A stretch of DNA of 64,000 bases, from NCBI GenBank assembly GCA_964427735.1, contig CAYRUS010000001.1, forward strand, positions 666,756 through 730,755. The letters run 5' to 3'. Below the pieces are notes generated by a model. That model did no database searches, had not been told where the DNA came from, and was given only the letters and a program-made list of their open reading frames with translations. Position numbers and translations under genes: made by a program. This DNA is from an uncultured Gammaproteobacteria bacterium. GTDB lineage: Bacteria; Patescibacteriota; Microgenomatia; UBA8517. Below are positions 38,688 to 49,238 of this stretch, one piece after another. Each line of letters starts with the position of its first letter. The stretch's first letter is position 1.

Positions 38688-39446
38688 ATGCCAGACAAAG
38701 AACTAACAAAAGAAGAAAGAAGAAAACTTAAAAAAGAAGAAAAACTTGCACAAAAACAAGCTGAAGAGAGATCTGGTAACCTCAAAAAATGGATATCTAT
38801 AATTGTTGTTTTAGCTATTGTTGGTTATCTGGGATATAGATTTATTTCTTGGTTAAGAGAGCCTGTCCCAGAAACAATAACCAAGCCAATGGAAATTACA
38901 GAGGCAGATTGGGTCAAAGGGGATGAGAATGCAGAAGTTCTTGTTGTTGAATATGGAGATTTTCAGTGTCCTGCTTGTGGTGCATATGCTCCTATGATAA
39001 GGCAACTACTAGAGGAAGTAGAAGGTGTAAAAGTAGTGTACAGACATTTGCCATTAGTTAGTATCCATAGAAATGCAATTCCAGCAGCGAAAGCAGCCGA
39101 AGCAGCTGGAAAACAGGGGAAATTCTGGGAAATGCATGATCTTTTGTTTACAAATCAAAGTGAATGGTCTAATGAGAGGGATCCATATAGCATGTTCGAA
39201 AGTTATGCAAATGAGTTAGAAATAGATATGGATTCTTTTAAAAGTGATTATAACAGTGATGAAGTAGAATCATTGGTTAATCAAGATCTCCTTTCTGCAA
39301 ATGCCTTAAACCTCAGTTCTACACCAAGCATATTTATTAATGGCAAACTACACAGATTAACAGGGCAGTATGAGGATTTAAAGCAAGAAGTAGAACAAGA
39401 AAAGGGAAGCTCAGAGGAGGAGATTAATGACACAGAAAATAATTGA
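38688..39446 (+). CDS. DsbA-like thiol:disulfide oxidoreductase (thioredoxin fold, membrane-anchored)
   Basis: N-terminal TM, CxxC active site FQCPACGAYAP, DsbA-like helical insertion; 252 aa. Confidence 0.7.
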   Translation: MPDKELTKEERRKLKKEEKLAQKQAEERSGNLKKWISIIVVLAIVGYLGYRFISWLREPVPETITKPMEITEADWVKGDENAEVLVVEYGDFQCPACGAYAPMIRQLLEEVEGVKVVYRHLPLVSIHRNAIPAAKAAEAAGKQGKFWEMHDLLFTNQSEWSNERDPYSMFESYANELEIDMDSFKSDYNSDEVESLVNQDLLSANALNLSSTPSIFINGKLHRLTGQYEDLKQEVEQEKGSSEEEINDTENN

Positions 39447-39978
39447 GGCTCTAGCATTTCTCACTTTAGTTTCTAATATTACCCTTGTATCAGGAGCTGC
39501 ATTATATATACTTACAAAATATACTTCATTAAAGAGAGATTATTGGAGAATTCTTACTGATTTTCTTGATAAGAATGCAAATAGACTAATCTTGTTGTTC
39601 TCAATAGTAGCAACTTTTGGAAGTTTGTTTTTATCTGAAGTTGCTAAGTTTGTCCCTTGTATTTTTTGTTGGTATCAAAGAATTTTAATGTATCCTATTG
39701 TGCCAATTTCTCTTGTCGCTTTAGTCAAAAAAACTAGAGATTTACCATATTACGCACTTTCTTTGAGTATTCCAGGAGTTTTACTTGCTTCTTATCATTA
39801 CTATTTTCAAGTCAACCCAGATATGACAGCTCCTTGTTCAGCTGTAGGATTTTCCGTGTCTTGCTCGGAAAGGTTCTTCACTTATTATGGTTATATAACA
39901 ATTCCCTGGATGGCATTATCAGCTTTTTTAATTATAACCTCTATTGCTTTAATAAAACTAAAAGTTTTTAAAGTTTGA
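39427..39978 (+). CDS. Disulfide bond formation protein B (DsbB/BdbC family)
   Basis: 4 TM helices; first periplasmic loop CxxC (FVPCIFCWYQRILMYP), second Cys pair (PCSAVGFSVSC). Overlaps dsbA-like stop. Confidence 0.65.
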   Translation: MTQKIIEALAFLTLVSNITLVSGAALYILTKYTSLKRDYWRILTDFLDKNANRLILLFSIVATFGSLFLSEVAKFVPCIFCWYQRILMYPIVPISLVALVKKTRDLPYYALSLSIPGVLLASYHYYFQVNPDMTAPCSAVGFSVSCSERFFTYYGYITIPWMALSAFLIITSIALIKLKVFKV

Positions 39979-40009
39979 ATGATAACTTCAGTAGGTGTAA
40001 AGTAAAAAT

Positions 40010-40243
40010 ATGGAGCTTATTGGTGCTAGTTTGGATCTTCTTGGGAAAATACTTGTTTCGTATACTGCAATTGCTGTTCATTACCGTGTGAGAAAAGAAC
40101 ACAAAATTGATGATAAGGTTTTTGATGTGATGAAAAATGAACAGATAGTGGGGGTAATAGGTATAATCTTTATGATTTTGGGATATTTATTACAGCATGT
40201 TTTAGTACCATCTCAATCTACTCCTGTGCAGCCATTTGCTTAA
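40010..40243 (+). CDS. Small membrane protein, hypothetical
   Basis: 77 aa, two hydrophobic helices. Confidence 0.3.
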   Translation: MELIGASLDLLGKILVSYTAIAVHYRVRKEHKIDDKVFDVMKNEQIVGVIGIIFMILGYLLQHVLVPSQSTPVQPFA

Positions 40244-40273
40244 TTTCTATTAAATATTGTGTAATGTAGTTAG

Positions 40274-41626
40274 TTGTCCTATAATACCCCTATGACTGAA
40301 AACAAGGGAAGGCAACTTATAGTACCTGGAGCAGAAGGAATCATGTTAGAGTTTGGCTATGGCAATGAATGGAGAGAAAAATCTTCTTTATTAGAGTCTC
40401 TCCAGAAAACTCTTGAAAAAGGTAAAAGAAAAAACAATCCTTTAGATCAGGAACTAGCAGAAAAAACTGTTCAGTTATTTGAAAAACACGTTAACGCTGA
40501 TAGATCCGGCCACATTCAGTCTGATTTGAATAAGCTAAGCGAGACTAGTAAAGATATAAAAATACACCATAATATACTCCAAGGGATATATGGTTTAACA
40601 AAGGGAGAGCTAAATGAAGAAATACAAAGACACAATAATGCAATTTATAGTGGACACTCTCTTTCTGGTTTATTCAAAGTATGGAAAGATGATTTGCCTG
40701 GCAGATTTTCGTCTCGATATCACGCTTTTGCAAACTTAGATATCATCACTGAAGATGATAAATACAAACTCCGACTAGCAGCTTTACATGATGGTGGTAA
40801 TAATGATATTTCCTATCCATTACACGAATTAAGTTTTGAGTTAGATGCAAGCGGAAAAATAAATATGGACTTTATGAAGTTTTTCTTTCGAGATGCATCC
40901 AAATTAAGAGATGAAGTAACACAACATCAAGAAATCATAGATCACGTTAAGAGAGGAATGGTAAATATAATCGACTTTTATCTTGAAAACCCTGATGAAT
41001 TTTATAAACAACGGGTTAATAAAACGAATAGTGAAGAAGATAAAACACAATTATACGATGTTTTTTATGATTATCTTTTCGAGGTGTATTTAAAGAAAAA
41101 ATTAGATAAAAAGGATTATGAAACTATAATTTCCAGTATTGAGGTGTTATATAAAGAAAATTTTCTTGCTGCTGTGAGGTTAGCTGTAATCAATAAATTA
41201 TTGATTGATAAAGAAGATTATAGTTCTGTGGTAAGAGAAGACAGTTGGTTTTCCAAAAACAATAAGGAGGAGTTAAATCAATTGATTGAAACCACGAAAA
41301 ATGAATTGTCTAAGATTGGTGCTGAATTTGATGAAGGTGGTTTAATTATAAATTTATCTGATTTAATTAATGAATGTTTAGTAAACAAGAAAACTTGGAA
41401 GAAGGTAAATAAATTGTGGGAAAAAATTCGTAAGGAATCGTATGAACCTTTGTATACGTTATATGATCAGCATTTAGCCCGTTGGGAAACTCTTTATAGA
41501 AGTAATATTTATAAGAGTATTGTTGTTAGAGGATTAGAGCTTGCTCGTGGATTAATAATTCAAACTAGTGACTCTAAAAAAGAGTCTATGATCGCTTCAT
41601 TTCTTTTTAACAATGCAAGATCATAA
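40274..41626 (+). CDS. Hypothetical protein
   Basis: 450 aa, helical/charged; no motif recognised. Confidence 0.4.
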   Translation: MSYNTPMTENKGRQLIVPGAEGIMLEFGYGNEWREKSSLLESLQKTLEKGKRKNNPLDQELAEKTVQLFEKHVNADRSGHIQSDLNKLSETSKDIKIHHNILQGIYGLTKGELNEEIQRHNNAIYSGHSLSGLFKVWKDDLPGRFSSRYHAFANLDIITEDDKYKLRLAALHDGGNNDISYPLHELSFELDASGKINMDFMKFFFRDASKLRDEVTQHQEIIDHVKRGMVNIIDFYLENPDEFYKQRVNKTNSEEDKTQLYDVFYDYLFEVYLKKKLDKKDYETIISSIEVLYKENFLAAVRLAVINKLLIDKEDYSSVVREDSWFSKNNKEELNQLIETTKNELSKIGAEFDEGGLIINLSDLINECLVNKKTWKKVNKLWEKIRKESYEPLYTLYDQHLARWETLYRSNIYKSIVVRGLELARGLIIQTSDSKKESMIASFLFNNARS

Positions 41627-41635
41627 AAAATTTTT

Positions 41636-43189
41636 GTGATAAACTCTCATTTAATGAGAATTAAAGACAAAAATATAAAGAAAATCCTTCAAAAATATAA
41701 AGAAATTTCTTTGATTGGAAATATATCTGCACTAGCAGGATGGGATTTAGAAGTAAATATGCCTCCATCTGCAGCAGAGAGTAGAGCAGCTGTTAATTCT
41801 TACTTAACAAAACTTTCAACTGATATTTGGCAGAGCACGGAATTCAAAGAATTAATTGAAAAAACTGACACAAGAAAATTAACACAAGAAGAAAAGGCAA
41901 TAGTGAGAAATTTAAAGCATGCTGGTAAATTTTATTTTAAAGTGCCCCAAGAAATTATTATTGAGTTTTCTGAAACTACTTCAAAAGCATTTGTAGCCTG
42001 GAGAAAAGCTAGGGAAGAAAATAACTTCAAAGAATTTGAACCACATCTAAGAAAGATTGTAAAAATAAATAAATTAGTTGCAGATTACATGGGTTACAAA
42101 AAACATCCATACGATGCGTTATTAGACATGTATGAGCCTGGATTGACAACGGAAAAATTAGATAAAATATTTTCTTATTTACAAAAGGAAACAGTAAAGA
42201 TACTTACATCACTTAAAAAGAGCAAAAAATACAAAGAGTTAAATGATCCAAATAGCAAATACGCTAAATATTTAGATGATAATCTTGAATATCCTAAAGA
42301 TGACCAACAACAAATATCATATTTCATATTAAGAAAAATTGGTTATGAATTAGACAAAGGTAGGATTGATGAAGCACCACATCCATTTTCAATTAATATA
42401 AGTCCAAGTGACAATAGAATCACAACTAGATACAAGAATCATAATTTTATTGAGTCGTATACAGTAGCCTTACATGAAGGAGGGCATGCTATGTATGAGC
42501 AGGGAGTAAAAGAAGAGTATGAATATACTCCTTTGGATGGCGGTGTATCGCTCGGCATGCACGAGAGTCAATCAAGATTTTGGGAAAATCAGATTGGTCG
42601 AAGTCCTTTGTTCTTAAAAATAATGACTCCTGTTTTTCAGGCTTTTTATCCCACACAACTTGCTGATACTGGCTACGAAACAATAAAACTTTTAGCAAAT
42701 AAAGTAAGCCCTGGATTGATTCGGGTAGAAGCAGATGAAGTTACTTATAACTTGCATATAATTTTAAGATATGAAATAGAAAAAGACTTACTAGAGGGGA
42801 AAATCAAAACCTCAGATTTGCCTGAGATATGGAATAAAGGTATGAAAAAGTATTTAGGTATTATTCCAGATAATAATGCAAATGGAGTTTTACAAGATAT
42901 TCACTGGTCTCATGGTTCGTTTGGTTATTTCCCAACATATTCTTTGGGAAATCTTTATGCTGCACAACTAACTAACTCGTTGAAAAAAGAAATCGACTTT
43001 AATAGCCTTGTGGCAGAAGGAGAATTGGTCACAATACTGTCTTGGTTTAGATCAAACATTCATCAGCACGGAAGCTTATATTGGCCTGGTGAACTAATAA
43101 AAAGAGTTACTGGAAAAGAATTATATCCAAAGTACTTTGTAGATTATCTGAAAGAGAAGTATTCAGAAATTTATGAAGTAGAGTTGTAG
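41636..43189 (+). CDS. Carboxypeptidase Taq-like metallopeptidase (M32 family)
   Basis: HEGGHAMYEQG (HExxH), HESQSRFWEN, DIHWSHGSFGYFPTYSLGN motifs characteristic of M32; 517 aa. Confidence 0.75.
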   Translation: MINSHLMRIKDKNIKKILQKYKEISLIGNISALAGWDLEVNMPPSAAESRAAVNSYLTKLSTDIWQSTEFKELIEKTDTRKLTQEEKAIVRNLKHAGKFYFKVPQEIIIEFSETTSKAFVAWRKAREENNFKEFEPHLRKIVKINKLVADYMGYKKHPYDALLDMYEPGLTTEKLDKIFSYLQKETVKILTSLKKSKKYKELNDPNSKYAKYLDDNLEYPKDDQQQISYFILRKIGYELDKGRIDEAPHPFSINISPSDNRITTRYKNHNFIESYTVALHEGGHAMYEQGVKEEYEYTPLDGGVSLGMHESQSRFWENQIGRSPLFLKIMTPVFQAFYPTQLADTGYETIKLLANKVSPGLIRVEADEVTYNLHIILRYEIEKDLLEGKIKTSDLPEIWNKGMKKYLGIIPDNNANGVLQDIHWSHGSFGYFPTYSLGNLYAAQLTNSLKKEIDFNSLVAEGELVTILSWFRSNIHQHGSLYWPGELIKRVTGKELYPKYFVDYLKEKYSEIYEVEL

Positions 43190-43286
43190 ATTTTTTCAGA
43201 TTACTTTTTTTAAAACAATCTTTGTAAATCTTGGATTATTTGTGTTAAATATTCAACTTATTTCTGGATACCTTGAAAATAACACT

Positions 43287-43925
43287 TCAGAGAGCTAGTA
43301 GTATTCGGATTGAATCTTTTAGTTCTCCATCCTCTATATATTTGGGTGATAAAGTCTGTTCTGTTTTATTTGTTACCGAATATTCAAAAATATTGTCGCC
43401 GAACGGTCTTTTGAATGTGGTTGCGTCTATAGGAATTGGAATATTTTTTAAACCAAATTCTTCAATAAATAAATTAACATCTCTTAGGCTAGGAGGGCTT
43501 GACGAGCAAACAATAATTTTTCCCTCATAACCCATCAATCTCAAAATTGTAGCAAAGCTAAGGCTGCGTGGTGCCGATAGTAAGCGATCTAGTAGTTCTT
43601 CGTCCTTGTTGCTATGTTTTCTTAGTATTTCTAAAATTGTTGTAGTATATTTTTCACTTCCCTGTAATCTCCATTCATTACTGTATCCGTAGTGATCATC
43701 AAGGAAAACCACATCAGGTGTTTGTTCGTTGTTTTCTACTAAAACATTTTCAAGCAACTCTTTTGCTGAATGTACTTGGATTACATTGTAGTTTGGATTT
43801 AATTCCATAATAACTCTTGTTAACAAGTCTTTGAACCATTGTTCATCATCAGCAGTAACAGCAGTGAGTTTATCTGGTAAATTTGATTCAATCATATTTA
43901 AAAAGTAAATTATAAGATTGATCAT
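43287..43925 (-). CDS. Hypothetical protein
   Basis: 212 aa ORF; an internal Met at about 43895 may be the true start. Confidence 0.35.
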   Translation of the reverse strand: MINLIIYFLNMIESNLPDKLTAVTADDEQWFKDLLTRVIMELNPNYNVIQVHSAKELLENVLVENNEQTPDVVFLDDHYGYSNEWRLQGSEKYTTTILEILRKHSNKDEELLDRLLSAPRSLSFATILRLMGYEGKIIVCSSSPPSLRDVNLFIEEFGLKNIPIPIDATTFKRPFGDNIFEYSVTNKTEQTLSPKYIEDGELKDSIRILLAL

Positions 43926-43954
43926 ATTATAGCAAAAATTTGTTATAATTATTT

Positions 43955-44176
43955 ATGCTAAATGAGTTCGGGAAGCTAGCAATAGTTGCGGGGATTGTAC
44001 TTTTATTGCTTGGCTTATTGTTAACATACTCAAGTAAAATTCCATTTATAGGTAAACTCCCGGGTGATATTTTGTATAGGCGAGGAAATTTTACTTTTTA
44101 TGCTCCCATAGCAACTTCTATATTACTAAGCATAATTTTGTCTTTGATTTTCTACATAATATCAAGAATTAAGTAA
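43955..44176 (+). CDS. DUF2905-like small membrane protein
   Basis: GKLPGDILYRRGNFTFYAPIATSILLSI resembles the DUF2905 core; 73 aa. Confidence 0.4.
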   Translation: MLNEFGKLAIVAGIVLLLLGLLLTYSSKIPFIGKLPGDILYRRGNFTFYAPIATSILLSIILSLIFYIISRIK

Positions 44177-44177
44177 T

Positions 44178-44603
44178 ATGCAGGAACAAATTAACTGGCG
44201 GCCGGAAATGATTAGCTGGAGTTTGCTTAGCAAAGAGGATCAAAATGGCATATTAAACCCTAACGAAGTCATATTACAATGGGAAGTAGGGGAAAATGTG
44301 TTTTTGTATATACAAACTTTATACTGGTATAAAATTAAAGCATCAGGATATTTTGAAATTGGTACTGATGAATTAGAAGAAATAAAAGAGAGATATTTAG
44401 AACAGTCAAATAAAATTAGATATTTGAGTCAAGATAGATATGAGGAAGAACGTCAAAAGGCAGAGAAAATATTTATTAACGGTATAAATGAACATACAGT
44501 TTTACCCGAATATTTTGAGTACTTTTTCCAAAGAAAACTAGCCAAAATTCATGCTAATAAAATATTAGGAGATGAAATTAACAAAAGAAAAAATAAATCA
44601 TGA
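44178..44603 (+). CDS. Hypothetical protein
   Basis: 141 aa ORF abutting the upstream gene. Confidence 0.35.
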   Translation: MQEQINWRPEMISWSLLSKEDQNGILNPNEVILQWEVGENVFLYIQTLYWYKIKASGYFEIGTDELEEIKERYLEQSNKIRYLSQDRYEEERQKAEKIFINGINEHTVLPEYFEYFFQRKLAKIHANKILGDEINKRKNKS

Positions 44604-44685
44604 TACTGAAAAACTGTGTAAATTAATTTGCATAGAACATTTGCATATTGACTTAAACAAACCTTTGAGGCTATAGTGTTTACGC

Positions 44686-45003
44686 ATGGCTGTTAACATC
44701 GTTACAACACAAGACTTTGAAGAAAAAGTTCTAAAAAGTACCACGCCTGTCCTTGTAGACTTTTATGCTGAATGGTGTCCTCCTTGCAAGGCAGCAGAGC
44801 CAATATTGGAAGAATTGTCAGAAGAATTTTCAGATAAAGTAGAATTTGTAAAAATTGATGTTGATGAAAATGGAGATGTAGCTCAACAATACTCTGTAAT
44901 GTCTATTCCTACAACAATATTATTTAAAGATGGAAGCGAAGTATCTCGGCAAATAGGTTTTGCTGGGAAAGATGGTTTTGTTAACTTATTAAAAAAAGCA
45001 TAA
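44686..45003 (+). CDS. trxA: Thioredoxin
   Basis: WCPPCK active site (FYAEWCPPCKAAEP), 105 aa, classic thioredoxin length. Confidence 0.85.
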   Translation: MAVNIVTTQDFEEKVLKSTTPVLVDFYAEWCPPCKAAEPILEELSEEFSDKVEFVKIDVDENGDVAQQYSVMSIPTTILFKDGSEVSRQIGFAGKDGFVNLLKKA

Positions 45004-45025
45004 ATTTTTATTTTTCAGGAAGGGG

Positions 45026-45355
45026 GTGACATTAATGGACAACAATAATAACCAAGATCAGACAAATCCTGTTGCTGCTCCGACAGATACAGGGATGAAC
45101 CAATCAAGCGATGCTCCTGCTACAGTTACACAGACACCAGAGAGTACAGTTGCTGATCCTATGGCAGCACCTGTTAGTGAGCCTATGAGCCCATCTGAGA
45201 CACCTGCTGATGGAACTATGCCGCAAGCTACTGAGACAACAGTAACTGGAACAGATGTACCTGCTGCACCGGAAGCTCCTCAGGAGATGGGAAATACATC
45301 TCCACAAGTGAATCCTGATGTAATGGGAACAGGGACAGATAATACTCAAGAATAA
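45026..45355 (+). CDS. Low-complexity Pro/Thr/Ala-rich small protein (coding status uncertain)
   Basis: 109 aa, compositionally biased; competing antisense ORF 45104..45412. Confidence 0.2.
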   Translation: MTLMDNNNNQDQTNPVAAPTDTGMNQSSDAPATVTQTPESTVADPMAAPVSEPMSPSETPADGTMPQATETTVTGTDVPAAPEAPQEMGNTSPQVNPDVMGTGTDNTQE

Positions 45356-45411
45356 TTGTATTTCTTGTAAATAATTTCCTTTGGAAAGGTAATCTTTCCA
45401 AAGGAAATGCA

Positions 45412-46461
45412 TTGCTGAAAGTAAAAAATATAATTATGAATCAAATATACAGTGAAAAACCAAAAGGAAACGAACCTTGGGATATTATTATCGTGGGATC
45501 AGGTCCTGCTTCTTTTACTGCTTCTATATACACCACACGCGGTGCTGCTTCCACCCTTATTCTCGGGGGAGTTAAATGGGGTGGACAGTTAATGCTCACT
45601 ACAGAAGTAGATAATTTCCCCGGACTTCCCGGGATTCAAGGACCTGAGTTAATGCAAAGAATGAGAGATCATGCCTTAATGTTTGGTGGTGAAATGATCG
45701 AAAAAAATGTTGAAAAAATAGACTTTGATAAAAAACCATTTGAATTGATTGCTGACGGAGAAGTATATAAGGCTCGTTCAATTATTATTGCCACAGGAGC
45801 AGAGACTAAATGGTTGGGTGTTCCTGGAGAAGATAAATTGTTGGGTCGAGGTGTGTCGTCTTGTGCACCTTGCGATGCGCCGTTTTACAAAGGCAAAAAA
45901 GTGATAGTTGTAGGTGGAGGGGATTCTGCGATGGAAGAGGCTCTTGTATTAACAAAGCATGCGGAGCATGTCACTATTGTTCATAGAAGAGCTACATTTA
46001 GAGCTTCCATGGCAATGCAAAAAAGAATAGAAGATAAGATCAAATCTGGTGATGTATCTGTATTGTGGGATACAGAGGTAGAGGAGATGATTGGAGAAAA
46101 TATTCTCTCAGAAGTTCTACTCAAAACAAAAGTTACATCTGACAATGCGAAGAAATTTGAAACCACACTACAAAAACACAAAGGACAAAAAATTCGAGAA
46201 CAAAACAATACTATTAATTGGAGAATGCCTGTAGGAGGATTGTTTGTTGCTATTGGTCACACTCCAGCAACAGATATTTTTAAAGGATCAATAGAGCTCG
46301 ATGAGAAAGGGTATATAAAGGTAGAAAATAAAACAAAAACAAATATCCCAGGTGTTTTTGTGGCTGGAGACGTACACGATCATGAATATAGACAGGCAAT
46401 AACTGCAGCAGGCTTTGGTAGCATGGCTGCTATAGATGCTTTAAAGTATCTTGATGAATAA
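45412..46461 (+). CDS. trxB: Thioredoxin-disulfide reductase
   Basis: FAD-binding GSGPA, redox-active SSCAPCDAPF (CxxC), NAD(P)H-binding GGGDSAMEEA; 349 aa (an internal Met at about 45436 is an alternative start). Confidence 0.8.
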   Translation: MLKVKNIIMNQIYSEKPKGNEPWDIIIVGSGPASFTASIYTTRGAASTLILGGVKWGGQLMLTTEVDNFPGLPGIQGPELMQRMRDHALMFGGEMIEKNVEKIDFDKKPFELIADGEVYKARSIIIATGAETKWLGVPGEDKLLGRGVSSCAPCDAPFYKGKKVIVVGGGDSAMEEALVLTKHAEHVTIVHRRATFRASMAMQKRIEDKIKSGDVSVLWDTEVEEMIGENILSEVLLKTKVTSDNAKKFETTLQKHKGQKIREQNNTINWRMPVGGLFVAIGHTPATDIFKGSIELDEKGYIKVENKTKTNIPGVFVAGDVHDHEYRQAITAAGFGSMAAIDALKYLDE

Positions 46462-46505
46462 AGTTGCTTGACTTTTATTATTTCATAAAGGAGAATTAGT
46501 ATCAT

Positions 46506-47321
46506 ATGGCTGCTAAAAAATCTGCAAAAACTTCAAAAACAAAAACAACAAAAGAAGAAAAAACAAATACAGATGTTTTTCAAAAAGCTGTTCCTGCATT
46601 ATTAGTTTTAACTGTAATTTTGGCTTTTTTTGTTGGAATTCTTTGGCAAAAAGTTAGCTATATTGAAAGATATGGATCTAGTGGAAGTGGAGGCAGTCCA
46701 CAAGCAGGAACAAATCCAGCGGCACCTCCTGCAGCTAGAACAGCCGAGGACTACATAGCTCTTGCTTCAGAAATAGGAGCTGATGAAAATGGTCTTAAAA
46801 CTTGCGTTGATGAAAAGAGATACGCTGATAAAGTAGAAAATCAATATCAAACCGGTATTGATGCTGGTGTTACAGGAACTCCTGGTAGCTTCATTATCAA
46901 TAACAAAGGTGATGTCTGGAAAATTCCAGGAGCATTGTCATTTAGCGATGTTTCTGCAGCTATAGATGCTGCTATGGGTACTGCAGACGCTGCACCTGTA
47001 AGTATAGCTAAGCTCGCAGCTTCAGATGCAGCAAAAATTGCAGAAGTAGGAAACGATGATCACATTGTCGGAAACCCGGATGCTCCCGTTACTATAATTG
47101 AATATTCTGATTATGAATGTCCCTATTGCAAGAGTTTCCATCCGACAATAAAACAAGTATTAAGCGAATATGACAATGAAGTCCGTTTAGTTTACAGACA
47201 TTTTCCTCTAGATATGATTCACCCTAATGCGCGTGGTATTGCAGAGATTTCAGAATGTGTTCATGAACTAGCAGGAGATGAGGCTTTTTGGGAATTCACC
47301 GATGCGGTTTTTAGCAGTTAA
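46506..47321 (+). CDS. Second DsbA-like thioredoxin-domain protein (secreted/membrane-anchored)
   Basis: N-terminal TM, Gly/Ser/Pro linker, CxxC YECPYCKSFHP; 271 aa. Confidence 0.65.
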   Translation: MAAKKSAKTSKTKTTKEEKTNTDVFQKAVPALLVLTVILAFFVGILWQKVSYIERYGSSGSGGSPQAGTNPAAPPAARTAEDYIALASEIGADENGLKTCVDEKRYADKVENQYQTGIDAGVTGTPGSFIINNKGDVWKIPGALSFSDVSAAIDAAMGTADAAPVSIAKLAASDAAKIAEVGNDDHIVGNPDAPVTIIEYSDYECPYCKSFHPTIKQVLSEYDNEVRLVYRHFPLDMIHPNARGIAEISECVHELAGDEAFWEFTDAVFSS

Positions 47322-47852
47322 CTAAAGATCCAATTTTTCAAGTAGGTTGTACGCAACAACCGCGGCTGACCCCCAAACATTGAAGGATGCATTTATTCCC
47401 ATCATTGGTAGTTCTGCAACATCATCAGCAATTTTAATGACTTCTGGATCAACACCTTTTGATTCATGACCAAGAACCAGTGCTATTGGAAATTTTGGCT
47501 TAATTTTATAATAGGGAACCGATCTTTTGTCTTGCTCAACAGCTATAACATGAACTCCTTTTTTTTGTAAATCTTTTACAATATCAATTGTTGAATCTGC
47601 CTTTTCCCAAGGCACCCAGTTTTCTGTCCCCACTGCTGCCTTGTGAATTCTTGAGGAAGGAGGATGTTCCATGTTCCCGCAAAGGTATATTTTCTCTGCT
47701 GCAACAGCATCAGCTAAGCGAAACATAGAACCTACATTAAAAGTATCCAGAATTTCATCAAGGACAAAATAAATCGGATTCCTTTTTATCTGAGCTACTT
47801 CGCTCGGAGTGGGGTCAGAAAGCCTCAGTTTAGCAGCGTCCAATTTCTTCAT
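47322..47852 (-). CDS. SpoU/TrmH-family RNA 2'-O-methyltransferase
   Basis: SPOUT motifs (VLDEILDTFNVGSMFRLADAVAA; VIAVEQD; LVLGHESKGV); 176 aa. Confidence 0.6.
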   Translation of the reverse strand: MKKLDAAKLRLSDPTPSEVAQIKRNPIYFVLDEILDTFNVGSMFRLADAVAAEKIYLCGNMEHPPSSRIHKAAVGTENWVPWEKADSTIDIVKDLQKKGVHVIAVEQDKRSVPYYKIKPKFPIALVLGHESKGVDPEVIKIADDVAELPMMGINASFNVWGSAAVVAYNLLEKLDL

Positions 47853-47925
47853 AACAAAAGTATTTTACCAAATATGAGGGATTTCCTTAAATTTGATTAA
47901 TATATAAGTAAGGAATCAAAATTTT

Positions 47926-48657
47926 GTGTATAATATGCAGCAAATGGAAGTGGAGAGAAGTATAAATGATGTTAGAGATAACTTAGAACATGCAGGTTCT
48001 GCAGGATGGGCAATTGACAGACTAATATTTCAACCGCGGATATTCACGCCACCTAACACAAACCATAAAGATAATAAGAAGATACTTGTTGAAGAACCTG
48101 TTTGGGATAAGCTTAAAACTCATAAAACTAACGTTAACTTTTTGTTGATTGGTCATGATTTATGTCCTGATTCAGATCATCACTTTATTTCTGCAGCTAA
48201 TGCTTATCCAGTGTCCCTGCCCAACAAGGCAGTATTTATTTTTGATTTAAGCTCCAGATGGTTGTATGAATTAACTCAGGAAAGAAGATTTAGAAGTACA
48301 AAGATAGATAACTTTCCCCATCCTACTGAAAGTATAGATTACATATTTTTTGATTTTAATGTTTATACAACTCAGAACCCAGAATTTTATCTCGAAGAGG
48401 CAAAAAGAGTGTTAACTAAAGATGGATTGATTTTAATTCCAACCCATACGACAGCTTTACCAGAAAAAATTACAACCTTTATACCAAAAGCATTTAGAAA
48501 AGTTTCAAGAAATGAGTTAAATCACAAAGGGCTTAAAAACGTATTGCGTTCAGAAGTAAATGACAGAAAAGGACGATATGAATTGATAGTATTTGCAAGA
48601 GAAGACAGTGCAATTCATGCTGTACCCGGCTATTTAGCTTATTCTAATAAGAATTAA
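47926..48657 (+). CDS. Hypothetical protein
   Basis: 243 aa ORF, no motif recognised. Confidence 0.35.
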   Translation: MYNMQQMEVERSINDVRDNLEHAGSAGWAIDRLIFQPRIFTPPNTNHKDNKKILVEEPVWDKLKTHKTNVNFLLIGHDLCPDSDHHFISAANAYPVSLPNKAVFIFDLSSRWLYELTQERRFRSTKIDNFPHPTESIDYIFFDFNVYTTQNPEFYLEEAKRVLTKDGLILIPTHTTALPEKITTFIPKAFRKVSRNELNHKGLKNVLRSEVNDRKGRYELIVFAREDSAIHAVPGYLAYSNKN

Positions 48658-49041
48658 TCAAGATGCTTTGTCAGCTGTATAAGTTATGTTTACTAATCTC
48701 ATTAAAATCCACGCTAGTAGTGCATAGAAAAACATAGCAACTAGTACAGACCATTCAATAACCGATCCTTCAACTGCAGTGTTGCCAAATACGAACCTAA
48801 AGGGAGCCATAAGAACGTTAGTAATTGTATAGACTCCGTTTACAATCCCGGCGGCTGGATTCGCTCCAGTCATTCTAAATAAAAATCTTAATAAAAGAAG
48901 TGACTCAATTATTCCAAATACAAGGTATATCCCTTGATCTATTGCAGAATAACTCGCTACTTTATTATCATCATGTGCACTTGTTGTATCAACCATTTCG
49001 GTTCTTGAAACTTTTCTATAAGCCATCTCTCTCACCTCCAA
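48658..49041 (-). CDS. Small integral membrane protein (YggT-like?)
   Basis: 127 aa with two TM helices. Last gene before the compositionally distinct island. Confidence 0.3.
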   Translation of the reverse strand: MEVREMAYRKVSRTEMVDTTSAHDDNKVASYSAIDQGIYLVFGIIESLLLLRFLFRMTGANPAAGIVNGVYTITNVLMAPFRFVFGNTAVEGSVIEWSVLVAMFFYALLAWILMRLVNITYTADKAS

Positions 49042-49238
49042 TCATTAATTTGATGATACATAGTGATTGATTAATATTAGATGAAAGAGTTGAAAGAATT
49101 AGTTAAGTATGGAGTTGAGCTGTGGCTTGTAGACGCAGTTCGAAAATTTTATCTCAATTCAAATACACCTATTCAGCCAGCATATCAGCTTAGCTATTAG
49201 TGATTTCCATCATTGGTGATTAAAGTGCAGTTCCATAA

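Noticed and set aside
45104-45412. Cys/His/Arg-rich minus-strand ORF overlapping the Pro/Thr-rich plus ORF
   Set aside because: The repetitive CxxC-like pattern is the mirror image of the codon periodicity of the plus-strand low-complexity ORF. Neither ORF is strongly supported, and the antisense one is the less likely.
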